A stretch of DNA of 64,000 nt, from NCBI RefSeq assembly GCF_009914755.1, contig NC_060925.1; one strand, 5' to 3'. A model generated the notes under the pieces. The model had not been told where the DNA came from and did no database searches. It was given only the letters and a program-made list of their open reading frames with translations. The number at the start of each line of letters is the position of its first letter. Position 1 is the stretch's first letter. The stretch comes from the human T2T-CHM13v2.0 reference genome, Homo sapiens. Position numbers and translations under genes: made by a program. Shown here piece after piece: positions 46,786 to 63,164 of the stretch.

Positions 46786-47540
46786 ACCACGCAGAATTCT
46801 TAAACAGAAGAGGCTTTAAGCAAGGGGTTTGTAGATGACAGCTCCTTCCTCAATGGAATATGCATTTTCCCTTATGGGAAAAGGGCTCAGTGATTTTAGT
46901 ATAACTTACTTAAGAACAAGGGTTATAAGGTAACAGTTTTATCTGTGTCTTTATTCAGGAAAAATCCTCGCGATGATCCCAGAGGATCTCAGTGAAGCCA
47001 TTTGGGAATTTCCCCAAGAATTCCTACCTGAAAGGAATTTATCTTTTATTTCCCTAAGCCTCTTTGAAGATGCACACTTGTGGTTTAAAACCAAATTTTC
47101 TGGAGTACTTATCTTCTGCTTATCAGTGGATCACCAAGTAGTGATTGTAGCATATCTAGGTTTTTAAAGTCTTTTTCTTTTTCTTTCTTTTCCTTCCTCC
47201 TCCCTTCCTCCCTACCTCCCTTCTTGCCTCTATCTTGCCCTGTCACCCACGCTGGAGTGCAGTGGCACGATCACAGCTCACTGCATCCTCAGTCCCTTGG
47301 GCACAAGAAGTCCTCCCATCTCAGCTTTGGGGTCTTTTTCTATTAACCTATAAGCTTCCTGAGGGCAGGACCCACTTATTTCAAATCTCTTAAACCCTGG
47401 GATCTATAACTAGTGTCCCAGGAAGCTGCCATGAGCAGGAAGTGGGTTCTAGAGCTCTCAGCACTGTGGGGAGTGTGGGGCTCACAGAGTGGTAGGAGGA
47501 AGCATAAACTTCAGTTGCTGACATCTGGAGCACAGCTGCT

Positions 47541-48205
47541 GTTTTTTTTTTTTTTTTCCTTCTACTTTCATTTTAGGTTTAGGGGATACATGTGCAGGTT
47601 CGTTACACGGGTAAATTTCGTGTACAGATGATCCTGTCACCAAGGTAGCGTAGTACCTGATAGGTAGCTTTCCAACCTGCACCCTGGTCCTGGTTCAAGC
47701 AGTCCCTGTTGTCTGCTGTGCCCACCTTTGTGCCCATGTGTATTCAATGATTAGCTACCCCTTATAAGTGAGAACACATGGTATTTGGTTTTCTGGTCTT
47801 GAGTTAGTTCTCTTAGGCTAATGGCCTCCAGCTGCATCCATGTTGCTACAAGGGACATGATCTCATTCTTATTACGGCTGCATAGTATTCCATGGTATAT
47901 GGAATATATACCACATTTCTTTATCCAGTCCATCATTGATGGGTATCTTGGATGATTCCATGTTTTTGCTATGGTGAATAGTACTGTGATGAACATACAA
48001 GTACATGTGTCTTTTTGGTAGAACAATTTATTTTCCTTTGGGTGTATACCCAATAATAGTTTTGCTGATAGTCGTAAGTTCTTTGGGAAATCTCCACAGT
48101 GCTTTCCACAGTGGCTGCACTAATTTACATTCCCACTAGCAGTGTGTAAGTGTTCCTGTTTCTCTGCAACCTTGCTGGCATTTGTTGTTTTTTTACTTTT
48201 TCGTA
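47541..48205 (-). mobile_element. L1PB/L1MA-like 3' end
   Basis: PolyT, then ggggatacatgtgcagg, cttataagtgagaaca, ccagctgcatccatgttgc and ctaatttacattcccac. Confidence 0.85.
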
Positions 48206-49789
48206 GTAGGACAGCTGCTGCTTCTTTTCACCATCTGTTAATAATAACTGGATGACATGGAATATGGAGGTCTTTGATACATGTACAAATAAACATTGTG
48301 TAAACAGATAAGGAAAGTATACGATAGGAGAGAGAAAAGGCCTTTATGAAGCAGGTTTTGGTGGTAATTAATTTGCTACTAAGGCTTCCAGTTGGTGATG
48401 TGAGTGATTTGAACTCCTGGGCTAGGGAAGGCTGTGGAAGAATAACCAACCACCTGCTTTCAACTTTAAGCTAATCATCAGTGATTGATTGTCATGAACA
48501 ATGGCTTGCATTTGTAACTTGGTTCTTACTTATTCAACAACTGGGAAGAGATGGGCGGTCCGAAGCAACTATGTTAGCTCCAGATCTTAATGGAGGTAGG
48601 AAGGGGGCTGATGTCGCATAGCCTTTTCACAAGCTGCCAAACCCAGGCGGATGTTGGAAGTTGCCCTTCTGAACTGCCCTTTCATTTCCATCAGGCGGAG
48701 GGCTTGCTTTGCTGCCTGGGAACGTGGTGGTGGACTCTGGCTCTGCACCCTTCCTGCAGAGTGAATGCGCTCCAAATTAGAAAAACAGAAGTGTCCTACT
48801 TTCTATTCCCCACCACTGCCTCAGCTTGTTGCCGCAGCACCTCCTGCTTCAGCTGCCCTTCCTTGGGTTCTTGGCATGGCTGGGAGGAGCAGGTGCCAAG
48901 GCCCAGTGGCCAGCACTGCTGGGAACACAATACCAGTCAGGAATTTAATGATATCTCACTGCACTTAGTAAATATTTTGTGGGGGGGGTCTTAAAAAAAA
49001 CAACCTGTAGATGTCATAATTAGTGATATAACAAGACAGATTCTGGAAGAAATTTAAAAATATAAAATTTCAGCTTTCAATCTGGATTGGCTGTTTGAAT
49101 GAAAAGAGTGAGCAGCTTTTCTAGGCTTGGTTAGGGGATGAGGGATAGCGATAGTCTGGTGTGGAAGCATGATAAAGCATGCGGTGGAACAGACCCTCTG
49201 AGGAGCTAAAGGGAGGAAAGCAAGCAGTCCATGCTTAAACATGATCTTTATTTTACGTTAGCTCTTGGCATTTCTACTTCTTCAACAATTAATGGAATAT
49301 ATTCACATTTGGAATGGGCTAATTAAGGAACCTAGAATAACGCTAGTCAGTCATTTAGAAAGCCTTTCTTGGAGTGTTACTTTTAGTAAATGTAAAAGCA
49401 TACTTCAACTTGTAATTCTCTCTAAATGGAAAAATTATAAATGCTGCCACCTGTTGACAAAATTTGAGGGTGCATTCTACTCCAGTTGGTCAGTGATCCC
49501 TGCCGACAGGGGATCTTACTGGCTGGATAATGACCCTCAGCTAAAAATGCTTTAAAATGTGCTGGTCTGACTGTACCTTATCTGACATTCTGTTCTTGGC
49601 GGCTGATTGGTGTGAGAAGTACACCTGAATTGCTTTGATTTGTTTAGCCCAACTTGAGACACAGATGTAGATCAATTTAAAGAATGCTGAAGCTCCCATG
49701 CTACCTTATAGAATCCATCATTTAAGACACCATTTCATATTGTATGCCCTGAAGCCTTAAAGTGGATCTGTGGCTGAAAAGTATGTTTT

Positions 49790-50090
<301 letters not shown>

Positions 50091-51659
50091 TCCATATTTT
50101 AAAAGTCTTGTAGATGAATAAATACTACTACTTACTTGGTAGAGCACTTGCCCTTATGTCTAACCAGAGTGAGAGAGAGCCCCTTTTCAGGACCTGTGAC
50201 ACAGCACCCCAAACTTTGGAGGCAGCCTTAGCCTATCCCCAGGGCCTCTGTGACCATTGCTGGGTCTAGGACACCACACTCGCCCTGAAAGTGGCACTCT
50301 TTGAGGCCAGTCACTTCCAACTCTGCCTTTCATTTCTGAGAGGAAGGTAAGCCATCCTCCTGTTCTCCTTTCTTTTATATCCGCTTCGGTTTCTTTATTA
50401 TTGATTCCCCTCCTCACCGTACCCTCTGGAATCCTTTTTCCTTAACAGTTTCCCCCACCCTCCTCGCCACATACACATGCTATTTGCAGAAGTCTCCACT
50501 TTCTGTATTAAAGAAAACCTAGATTTCCCCTTAGGATGCTACTTTCTTTCTTGTCTTTTCTGTTACCGAGGACTTTCTCCTATGTGAAAATCTCATGTTG
50601 GGTGATGGTGGTGGTGGTATTATTATTCTGTCTCCTAGTGTGTCTTTCATCCTTTTCTAAAAGCTCAAATCTATCTTTATCCTTCATATCTTTCTTCTCA
50701 AACCTGCTGTTTGTCTTTTTACCTCCAGTCCCACATTGCCTTCATTTTTTCCCAGTACCGTCCGCCCCCTGCCATGCAATTTATCCTGAGCCAGCCACTA
50801 TTCTGGAATTTACATATAGTAATTTGCTTATTTCTCACAATGACTTTATGAATTAGGTATTACTATTTTCATAGGCACAGAGAGGTTAAGCAACCAGGGT
50901 CACAAGTAAGTGGCTTAGCTGGACCTCAAACATAGGCAGCTTGCCTCTGGATCTATATTCCTGTGAATCAACTTTTCCTTAGTCATGTGTTTCAGGTCAT
51001 GTGCAAAGATGCTCATTGCAGTATGACTGGAAACAACTTGGATGTCCACCATTAGGGGATTGGTTAAATTATGCTCTATCTAAACCATGCTGTACTCTGC
51101 AGTTATTAAAGAGAATGATTCCCAGCACTTTGGGAAGCTGAGGCAACAGGATTGTTTGAGGCCAGGAGTTCAAGACCAGCCTAGGGCACAAACCAAGACC
51201 CTGTCTCTGCAGAAGAGAATGAGACAGTAATATGTAATATGAAGAAAAAAATCTCCAAAGAGAAAAAGCAAGATGCAGAACATTTGTTGTGTGTATGTGG
51301 GGAGAAAATCTGGTCTGTGCGTGTAGCACTGGATCAGGCGGTTCCTGAAGCCATACAAGATTTAGATTTCTCAAGTCGTTTTGTAAGCTGCCTGTCAGAG
51401 ACATCAGGATCAGGCATTTCTCCCTGTCTGAGAATTTGCTTCTCACAGTCTGCAGTTTTCTGTTCAGGAGGAAGACAGCATGGTGTGGTACATGGCGTGT
51501 GATTGTAGAGACAAATAGCACTTGATTTAAAGCTAGATTAGTCACTTATCATGTGATCTTGAGCAAGTCACTTCACTTTTCCCAGCATTGGTTTTTACAG
51601 TTTTAAAATGGGGATAAGGCCTACCTGACAGAATTATTGTTACTTTTGAGATAATATTT

Positions 51660-52170
51660 ACTCATTCAACAAATATTTTCATTCGGCACTTACTGTGTGC
51701 AAAGCACGCTTACAGCACTAAGGTTATAGCAGTAAACAAGAACTTAAAATGTTCTACTCTAATTTAGTTTACTTCTGGTAGGAATAGAAACACTTAAAAA
51801 ATAAGGTAAATCATATATGGCAAATGGTGATGAATATTCTGAAGGAAAACAAAAAGAAAATAAAGGGTGAATAGGAGTGTTGGCGTGTGGTAGAGGTGCA
51901 GTTTAACAGGACAGTTAGAAAAGTCTTAACAAGGCACCACTGGAGCCAAGATTTGGAAGAGCTGAGGATACACATGGGTATCTGGAGCAAAAGCAGAGGG
52001 AATATGAACTGTGAATGTCCAGGGTGGGCACCTGCTTGAGAGCTGCAAGGATGCCGGTATGGCTGGCACGGAGACGTGGACAGAGAAATGAGGTGAGAGA
52101 GGTGGCAGGACAGGGGCCCAGATGGGTAGGCCTTTGCAAGCCTGTACAATTTTGGCTTTTCCTCTGCATG
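51660..52170. mobile_element. L2 3' fragment
   Basis: cattcaacaaatattt...cacttactgtgtgc...agcagtaaacaaga L2 terminus. Confidence 0.7.
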
Positions 52171-52289
52171 TAATATATCTGGCACATAAGGGATGCTCTA
52201 CAAATGGTAACTGTGTTATAAGGATGCCACCATGATGCCCTGCTTTTTAGGTAGGTAGAAGAAAGATAGACAGGGTAACATTTTAGGAT

Positions 52290-52726
<437 letters not shown>

Positions 52727-53708
52727 TGATACAGCAGCATCGTTGCATAGAAAGAGAGAACACTTTAGCAGAAATCTAAGGACCAGATGTCATATGCATT
52801 GTGCTGTTGGCTTTCACTGAATCCAAGCTTAATTAAACTGAGGCTAATAACTTCTCTATCCACCTCATAGGGTTAATGAGAAGAGTAAGAGGTAAGTAAA
52901 TTTATAGAAATGCTTTGTGAACAGTTTAGTATATGTGAAGCATAAAGGCTATGTTTGCTGAGTTGCAGACTTGGAAGCCATGTAGTCCAGCTCCTTCCAA
53001 GGCACAGTTGTCTTGTCTTTGTGAATGCTTCTAGAAAAGGGCACTCACTACAGAAAATACCACAAAGCTGCCACTTTTCTTGATTTGGATCCTTAGTTAC
53101 AGTTAACACAGCCTGCACGTGCACTAGTTCCTTGGAAGTTATACCATGTTGCTACCTCAAGGTACACTTGTATTATCAACAGCTTAAGAGTGAGTCTTTG
53201 TGTTGAATTTATCCATCTGTAACCCAAATGAAACCTCACCGTGATAAGGTATTGAACCAGATCAGGAAAGTAGATTAAGGAGCTTTACTATTAAAGAGTC
53301 AGGTAGGTGATGAAAGGGGCAAACTGAAAACCAGTGGAAGGAGGCTTATGGAAGTAGTGGCTGTGTTGTGCCCAGGTTCTGTGCTGTGCTGGGGTTGAGC
53401 TCCCTGTGACTCATGACTACCTGTGCTGAGCTGTAACTGCCACAGAGAGCACCAGGGACTCCCCAAGCTCTTAGAAAAAACCCAGAAAAGGAATTAAATG
53501 TGGGTGGATGAGGGCCTTTCTTTCCTGCTGCTGCGTTTTTATTGAATTGGGAAATGAGCTGAGCTCCTAGGTGAGCTCTACCAAGAGCAGCAGCAACCGT
53601 TTATTAATCAGCACACTCTCCATGTGCCCAGCACTTTGCATCTTATACATTTGACAGGGATTGTCACTTTTAATCCTCAAACTGCCCTGTGCAGTAGGCA
53701 TTACCCTT

Positions 53709-54073
53709 TGTCATGGGCTGAGTTGTGGGTGTGTCCTCTGACCCCGAATTCCTGTGTTGAAGCCCTAACTGCCCCCCCAGTACCTCAGATTGTGACTATA
53801 TTTAGAGAGAAGGTCTGTAAAGAGGTGATTAACTTCAAATGAGGTCATTAGGGTGGGCCCCAATCCAATCTGACTGGCGTCCTTATAAGAAAAGGACATT
53901 TGGACGTGGATACATAGAGTGAAGACCATGTGAAGGCAGCAGGAGAGACAGCCATCTATGAATCAATTAGAGGCCTCTGAAGGAGCAAACCCTGCTGATA
54001 CCTTGGTCTTGGACTTATAGCTTCCAGGATTGTTTAAGCCACCCAGTCTGTGGCAGCCCTAGCAAACTAATGT
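53709..54073 (+). mobile_element. MLT1B/C-like solo LTR
   Basis: tgtcatgggctga...gaggtcattagggtgggccccaatccaatctgactggcgtccttataaga...gcagccctagcaaactaat. Confidence 0.85.
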
Positions 54074-54084
54074 GCCCTCATTTT

Positions 54085-54430
<346 letters not shown>

Positions 54431-55047
54431 TGAGAGTAGATGAAACTAAGGATCTGAGAGTATATGAAACTTGCCAAAGTTCTCACAGTTACGGCTAGGT
54501 AAAGTCCCGGGATTAAATCCAGGTGCGTCTGATTACAGGTAGAGATAAATCTAGGCATTAAATCCAGGTGTGTCTGTTCCCAAAGCTTGTGCTTATACCT
54601 AATGTGTTATTGAGTCCTGAATGTGTCTACCTTAAGGCTATTTCTCCTCACTTTTGAAATAGTGAGTGGCACCCAGATCTTTGACTTATTTCTGGTCCAT
54701 TGTTCTTACTAATATACCATGCTTGCCTCCCCTGCCACCACTTTCCTTAGAGGTAAGATACTGCACAAGTACATGAGAGCCTCTGGAGAAGAATGTCACA
54801 AACAGGTGACTAAGTTAGGGAGTTCGTAAATCTGGAAAGATTTGCATGTGTTTGGGACTTTCCTTCCCAGCTCACTTCTGATGAAGTGAGATAGAGGCGA
54901 CTTGTTCTTCAAAGTGGTTTGTTACCTACTTAGAAGTAGAGTTAAGCCTGACAGAAAAATGGGGCAGATAAGTGTTTAGTGTCATACTTGCACTGTTGCT
55001 GTCACTGAGAAGTTTGGTGGTTCGTCATGAATCGGGGTAAATATTAG

Positions 55048-55462
<415 letters not shown>

Positions 55463-56116
55463 GATTTTTTCTTTTGAGTCTTCCTTGGTGATTTTGATGT
55501 GCTCATCAAATGGAGAACCCTTGAAGTTGTGGAATGGTTTATTTCTATAGTTGTTCCTTCTAAACCAGCTTTAGGTACCTGTTGCTTGTAGTCTAAATCA
55601 CTGGAATTAATTATCATCTGTGGTCTTTAGCAGGTCTGAATGTGAGAGTCCAGTAGGTAGCAGGTGCTATCCAACATGTTTTTGAAATTTTTCTTGCTGA
55701 GTTCAGCCTATTTTGTACACTTTGCATTTTACTCCTCCAGAGGGCTCTAGAGCTCAGCTGAGCAGACTGGCTTGTTACCCTCATTAGACAAAGAAACTAG
55801 CCAATAAGATTTGAGCTTTTATTTGTTGGAGGAACTAATGTTATGTTATCTTTTAGAGCTTCCTGTTCTTTTCTTTTCTAGTGCTTCCCCCGCTCCCAGC
55901 TCTCAACCTCTATCCGATATAAAGACTGTTTTCTTGTCAAGGTCACAGTTAGTGATGCTAGAACACAAGGCAGAGACTGTGGCTAAGCTTTCAGGTCTTA
56001 GAAGAGGGATCTCTAAAATTCTTTGTTTACATTTATCAGTGAGAAGGTTGAATTTACATCTTCAATATATGGATAATTATGTATAAATTATTTATTTACC
56101 CATGCAGTTTCACTAA

Positions 56117-56545
<429 letters not shown>

Positions 56546-56614
56546 TGATGTGGCAGAGGTTTGCGGGGAAAGAGTTTATAGATGATCTTGAGGTTGTTTG
56601 GGCTGTAGGTACCT

Positions 56615-56990
56615 TTCTTTTTTTTTCTTTTTTCTTTCTTTCTCTTTCTCTCTGTCTTCCTTTTCTTTCTTTTCTTCTTTTTTTTTTCTTTTTGAGACAG
56701 GAGCTCACTATCTCACTCTGTCACCCAGGCTGGAGTGCAGTAGTGTGATTGTAGCTCACTGCAGCCTTGAACTCCTTGGGCTCAAGTAATCCTCCCACCT
56801 CAGCTTCCCAAGTACCTGTAACTACAGGCATGCATCACCAGTAAAAGCAATTTTTTAATTTTTATTTTTGGTAGAGATGGGTTCTCTCTACATTGCCCAG
56901 GCTGGCCTTGAATTCCTGGCCTCAAGTGATCCCACTGCCTCGGCCTCCTAAAGTGTTGAGATTACAGGTGTGAGCGACTGTGCCTGGCCT
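56615..56990 (-). mobile_element. AluJ with a long CT-rich tail
   Basis: Reverse-complement dimer. Confidence 0.85.
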
Positions 56991-57854
56991 TGCAGGCAAC
57001 TTTTTATTCCAATTGCCATCTTGACATTGTAGTGAAGAGTGAGTTGTCCAGGGAAAGGCAGAACCTGACAGTCATTGAGAGGGGACTTTATGTGGATGGC
57101 TCACAGGCAGTAAGGAAGGCTTTGGAGGAAGCATTGGAGAGTTAGCAAGCAATAGGTACCTGAAGCAGTGGCGTGGGTGGATTTTGTCACATTCAACTCA
57201 GTGAGCACTCAAATCAGCTTGGCATTCACACAGACTTAGGGGTTTCAATGCAGTGCTGCATATTCATGTTTGAGCCACCAACTTCCTGCAGTAAGGAAAG
57301 GAATTCTTTGAATTGTAAGTGCTACAGGGCCATGAATACCCATTTTTAAGTTGTCATCTTGATACTTCCAATTTTGAAAGGGTAGAGATGGGCTGGTATC
57401 CTTATCTGAATGGATTTAAAGTTTCTCTTCTGGATGTTGCATCTTTTATTATACTTTCAGCTCTTCATCTACCTGGTTCTTTAACTAGGATATAAAGACA
57501 TTTTTTTAGAAAATGATAGTAGATCCAGCAAGATTTTTGTCAGAGCAGATAAACTGGAGTGATTTGTTTAGGAAAAAGTTACCACTGTGTAGCCCCACCA
57601 GAGCCAAACCTGGAGTTACATTTAAACAGGTCAATCTCTGAAGAAAAGTGTAATTTGGGGTCATATGACCTAACTCCTGAGGTCACCCAGAGCTTATACT
57701 TAAATCAGAAAAGGAAGAGATGCCCATGAGCCCAAATTTTAATTTTGTTATTTCCACACATTTAGAAAAGTAGGAAGAATAAGTTTTGCATTATCCCAAT
57801 AGATTTAAAAACTCTAGTTCCTTTTAAAATCTTTAAATAGACTTAAAACAATTT

Positions 57855-58100
57855 CAAATTTTTTCCAGCTTTATCGCGGTATACTTGACAAGTAAGTGTA
57901 TATATTTAAGGTGTACAATGTGATGCTTTGATACATACAGTGTGAAATGATTACCACAGTTAGGTTTAATAATTAACATATCCATCATCTCACATAGGTA
58001 TGATTTCTTATGTGTGTGGCGAGAATCCTGAAAATCAACTCTGAGCACATTTCAAGTGTACAATACAGTATTTATGATAGTCACCATGCTGTTAATCAGA
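57855..58100 (-). mobile_element. L1MA-like 3' end fragment
   Basis: tatatttaaggtgtacaatgtgatg...aattaacatatccatcatctcacata. Confidence 0.8.
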
Positions 58101-58515
58101 TTGCCTACCTTGGTTAAAGTGCAGACTCAGGTGAAGGTCTGGATGGAGGATCATACTTTAATTGATTTAGACTCTAAAATAAATGTATATAGTTATTTTT
58201 GCTAACCTAAGAACCTACTCATAAATGGCTAGTGTTAAAATGATGTAAGATAAAATGCTTTCCCTTCACTTTTTTAACAGAAGTGGAAATGGAGGTGATG
58301 TAACTTGCCTGAGGTGACACAGGTAGTTAAGAGCAGAGAAAGGACTAGAGCCAGGACTGGTTTAGTGATTTTTAGTTTAGCGCATTTTAAATTTTTATCA
58401 TATGATTCCTTAATCTTTGAGTCTTCCAAATGCAGAAGCTAGGTTATAGAATAGCATATTTTATTTTAATATTACATTTATGGAGGTAGATATTCTTGGT
58501 TAAAGCTCATTTTTA

Positions 58516-58626
58516 AAAAATAATTTCAACTTTTAGATTCAGAGGATACATGTGCAGGTTTGTGACATGGATTTATTATGTGGTGCTAAGGTTTGGGATG
58601 CAAATGATCCCATCACCCAGATAGTG
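58516..58626 (-). mobile_element. Very short 5'-truncated L1 (PB/MA-type 3' end) with TSD
   Basis: gatacatgtgcaggtttgt...atcccatcacccag; flanks taaagctcattttta / taaagctcctttta. Confidence 0.75.
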
Positions 58627-58708
58627 TAAAGCTCCTTTTAGAATGGTATATGCAGATTTAATTCTGTCACTGAAAATGTTTCAAGAACTAATTGGAACTG
58701 GGCAATAG

Positions 58709-59575
<867 letters not shown>

Positions 59576-59589
59576 ACTTAAAAATTAAT

Positions 59590-60415
59590 ATACTTGATTT
59601 TTAGATAAGCTTTAGGTTTACATAAAAATTAAATGGAAAATCCCCTCCCTCACCCTAGCTTCTTCATTATTAGCATTTTGCATTAGTGTAGTACATTTGT
59701 TACAGTTAATAAACTAATATAGAAAAGTTATTAACTAAAATTCATAGTTTGCATTGACGTTTTCGTTTTTTATAGTCTATGGATTTTCACAAATGCACAA
59801 TGACATGACATTTTTCCATCATTACTGCATTATACAGAATAGTTTCATGGTCTTATAATTTATATTTCCTGTGCTCTACCTATTAATTCCTCCCTGATTT
59901 TCGCCAAACTTCTGAAAACTACAGATCTTTTTACTGTCCTTATAATTTTGCCTTCTATAGAATGTCATATCGTTGGAATCATATAGTATATCTACTTATC
60001 AGACTTGGCTCCTTTCACTTAGTGATATGCACTACACATTCTGTGTTTTTTGGAGGCTTGGTAGCTCATTTATTTTTGTAAGTGAATAATGTTCCATTGT
60101 ATGGATGTACCACAGTTTATTCGTTTTGAAGAACATCTTGGTTCCATGTCTTGGCATTTATGAATAAAGCTGCTCCAAATATTCACGTGCAGAGTTTTGT
60201 GCAAAATGTAAGTTTTCAACTATTTTGGGTAAAGACCAAGGAGTGTAATTGCTGGATTGTAAGTGTATATTTTAGCTTTGTGAGTAACTGGCAAATTGTC
60301 TTCCAAACTGGTTATTTGATTTTGCATTTCCACCAGCAATAAATGTTTCTATTTCTCCATATCATCACCAGTATTTAGTGTAGTAAGTGTTTTAGATTTC
60401 AGCCGTTCTGCTAGG
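59590..60415 (-). mobile_element. L1MC/MB-like fragment
   Basis: gtacatttgttaca...gaatgtcatatcgttggaatcatatagta...ttgcatttccaccagcaat. Confidence 0.75.
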
Positions 60416-60464
60416 TGAGCATTATAGTTTTTTGACATGGAGAAATCTTCTGAAAGTGTTTTTC

Positions 60465-60765
60465 TTTTTTATTTTCTTTTCTGAGATGGAGTCTCGCTCC
60501 ATCACCCAGGCTGGAGTGCAGTGGCGTGATCTCAGCTCACTGCAACGTCCGCCTCCTGGGTTCAAGTGATTTTTCTGCCTCAGCCTCCTGAGTAGCTGGG
60601 ATTACAGGCATGTGCCAGCATGCCTGGCTAGTTTTTGTATTTTTAGTAAAGACAGGGTTTCACTATGCTAGCCAGGCTGGTCTCGAACCCCTGATCTCAA
60701 GTGATCCACCTGCCTTGGCCTCCCAAAGTGCTGAGATGACAGGTACGAGCCACTGCGCATGGCCC
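60465..60765 (-). mobile_element. AluS
   Basis: TSD ctgaaagtRttttt. Confidence 0.9.
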
Positions 60766-61441
60766 TGAAAGTATTTTTCAATGAGAAGTGCAAACAGCAG
60801 AATGATCCCATTTTTGTAAAACAGGGACTACACCTCTTTATGTATATCTGTTTGTGTGTGTGAGTGTGTGATCTATAGCTTTATAAGATCAGGGAGAAAG
60901 TCATGAGGGCTGTATCCTGGGCTGGAACTGGATGAGGGAAAGGAATCATAGTTGATGTGCAGAGTGGGTAGTTAAGTGACTAGGGAAGGCTAAAGGAATA
61001 AAAAGATTACCCTTAAACAGTTCAAAGTATAACATTGATACAGTTACCTAAAATTAGACATGTGTAAAGGTATATGTGTAAAGATATTTTAACAAATTTT
61101 CTTAAAGAATTATTGTTTTTTTGATAAAGACTATTTGGTTTATGATAAAGACTATCTGATAAAGACAGATTGAGCTGTCTTTATCATATAATAGTGAACG
61201 CCAGTTTTGGGTGGTAGATAGTATTACTTGTTATTCAAATGTGGAATACATGCCTTACTAGGTTAGTCTTTATGGAAACATTACACTTGGATATAGATGG
61301 AGTCAGTAATTACTATAGAAAATTTCTTCGAGGGGCTAAGAATGGCTTCCCAACTCCTGGGTGCCATTGTGTCAGTAAAGTCCCAGTGAGACTTTTTCAC
61401 TAAGCACTCCTTTTGAAGTCTTCTTTTAAAAATGTAAAAGC

Positions 61442-61555
61442 AGGCCAGGCTTGTTGGCCTGGGAGGTCAAGGCTGTAGTGAGCTGTGATTGTGCCACTGC
61501 ACTTCAGCCTGGGCGACAGAGTAAGACCTGGCCTCCCTCCCACCTCCAAAAAACA
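61442..61555 (+). mobile_element. Internally deleted Alu
   Basis: ggccaggcttgttgg joined directly to right-arm cctgggaggtcaaggctgtagtgagc. Confidence 0.75.
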
Positions 61556-61868
61556 TAAAAATTTTCTAATTCTTGTATTAGATCCCTTCCTGATATCTGT
61601 CTCAAGAAGCTATGATGGGGGAAAAATGGGTGGGAATAAAAAAGGAGTTCTGACAATACAGATGGGAAAACTGAAGTCCAACACAGACGCTTTATATTTT
61701 GCATTTGTCCAGACCTGCTGACGCAGAGATTCTCATAAAATTTGAAAAGCCTTACCACTGAGTTGCTTTTCAAAGCCTGGGTTTCCCTCAAAGAACATCT
61801 GCAATTACCATGCTGCTTTTGAAGACCATAGTGAAAGTGCTAACCTAGACCAGCTCTACCAGCTGTGG

Positions 61869-62468
61869 TGAAGTGGCTATGTTGTCTGGGATATATACCC
61901 TGGGGTTCGTCATCTCATGCCAGGAAAATTTAGGACACGGACGCAAGGAGTTTAGGAGCGGAGGTTTAATAGGCAGAAGAGAAGAGAAGAGAAAGAGAAA
62001 CAGCCCTCTCTACAGAGATAGAAGGGGCTCCAAGTGGAAAAGACCAGCTGGTGGTGGATGCCCCGGATTTTATAGTCCAGGGTGAGGAGATGGTGTCTGA
62101 TTTACATAGGGCTCACAGATTGTTTGGATCAGGCATGATGTTTACACAGTGCTGGAGAAAGGCTGGTGGCCCCACCCTAACCTTATTATACAAATGAACT
62201 CTCCCTGTCCTGCTTCTGATAGTACACGTGGCTGACAAAGAGAAGGGAAGATGGAGCCGCCATCTTGAACATGTCTAGTCCCTAGTTCCTGCCAGCATTC
62301 CCCCGTGCAAGCTCCCAGCTTGCTTGTCTATGTCTGCAGCTCGACTTTACAGGCTGATCTTTGTTAGAAAATGATTTGGGGCTGCTTTTCATTAAAGAGA
62401 AAAGCCTTACTGAGGATTCCCATGCCCTTACCATCTGCCTAAGTGATTTCTTCTTAACTCCTGTGTCA
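61869..62468 (-). mobile_element. LTR9-family solo LTR (ERV1), 600 bp
   Basis: TG...CA termini with a perfect 4-bp TSD gtgg/gtgg. Reverse strand starts TGACACAGGAGTTAAGAAGAAATCACTTAGGCAG. Confidence 0.8.
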
Positions 62469-63164
62469 GTGGTAGCCGGATTCCCTGGGAAGGAGGGACG
62501 CTGTTGCTCTAGCATCATTCTGCTTTTTGGAAACAGGGTTGTATTTGCTGATGCTCTGAAATTCTGGAAATGACTTTCTGAGCCTTGTGGCTGTAAGTAA
62601 AATAAAGAAGGTGGCAATAGAGGTAATATATTCTCCCATCCCCATCTCTCTTGTCATGTTGGGTTAACAACCATAGAATACACATGTGATAATTACATGG
62701 CTTACTCATAAATCATAAGAATAAGTCATATACCCAAGGCCCTGAGCTGTAATGGAATTTTAGTGCATTTCAAATTTATAGCCAGTTTCTGATTATCCAG
62801 TTGAGTTGCCTGTGCCTCTCAGTTCTGTTCTGGCCTACCTTTTGACAGGTTTATTTCTTGTGACTATCTCCCCTGGTGAGTAATAGTCATGGATGTGGGA
62901 GGCAAAATTCAAAACGTGTCCATTTTGCAATTTTAAGGAGGCATGATTCCTGGGGAGATTAAAACAAATTGAAAATCAAGGTGTTTTTTTTTTAATTATA
63001 ATTTTTCAGTTCTCAGAATGTTTGTCCCTGATTGTCATGGGTAATTTAATAATTTCTATTTTAATACACCTTTAAATATGTCATTTTTTAAATATTCTAA
63101 TTCATGCCTTCTGTTTCTCTTTTCCTTAATTTTAGTGGTTAAGAGTTTCACTAAAATAAATGTT

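Noticed and set aside
48590-48994. 134-aa ORF in non-repeat sequence
   Set aside because: No recognisable domain or splice context, and the length is compatible with chance in 64 kb.
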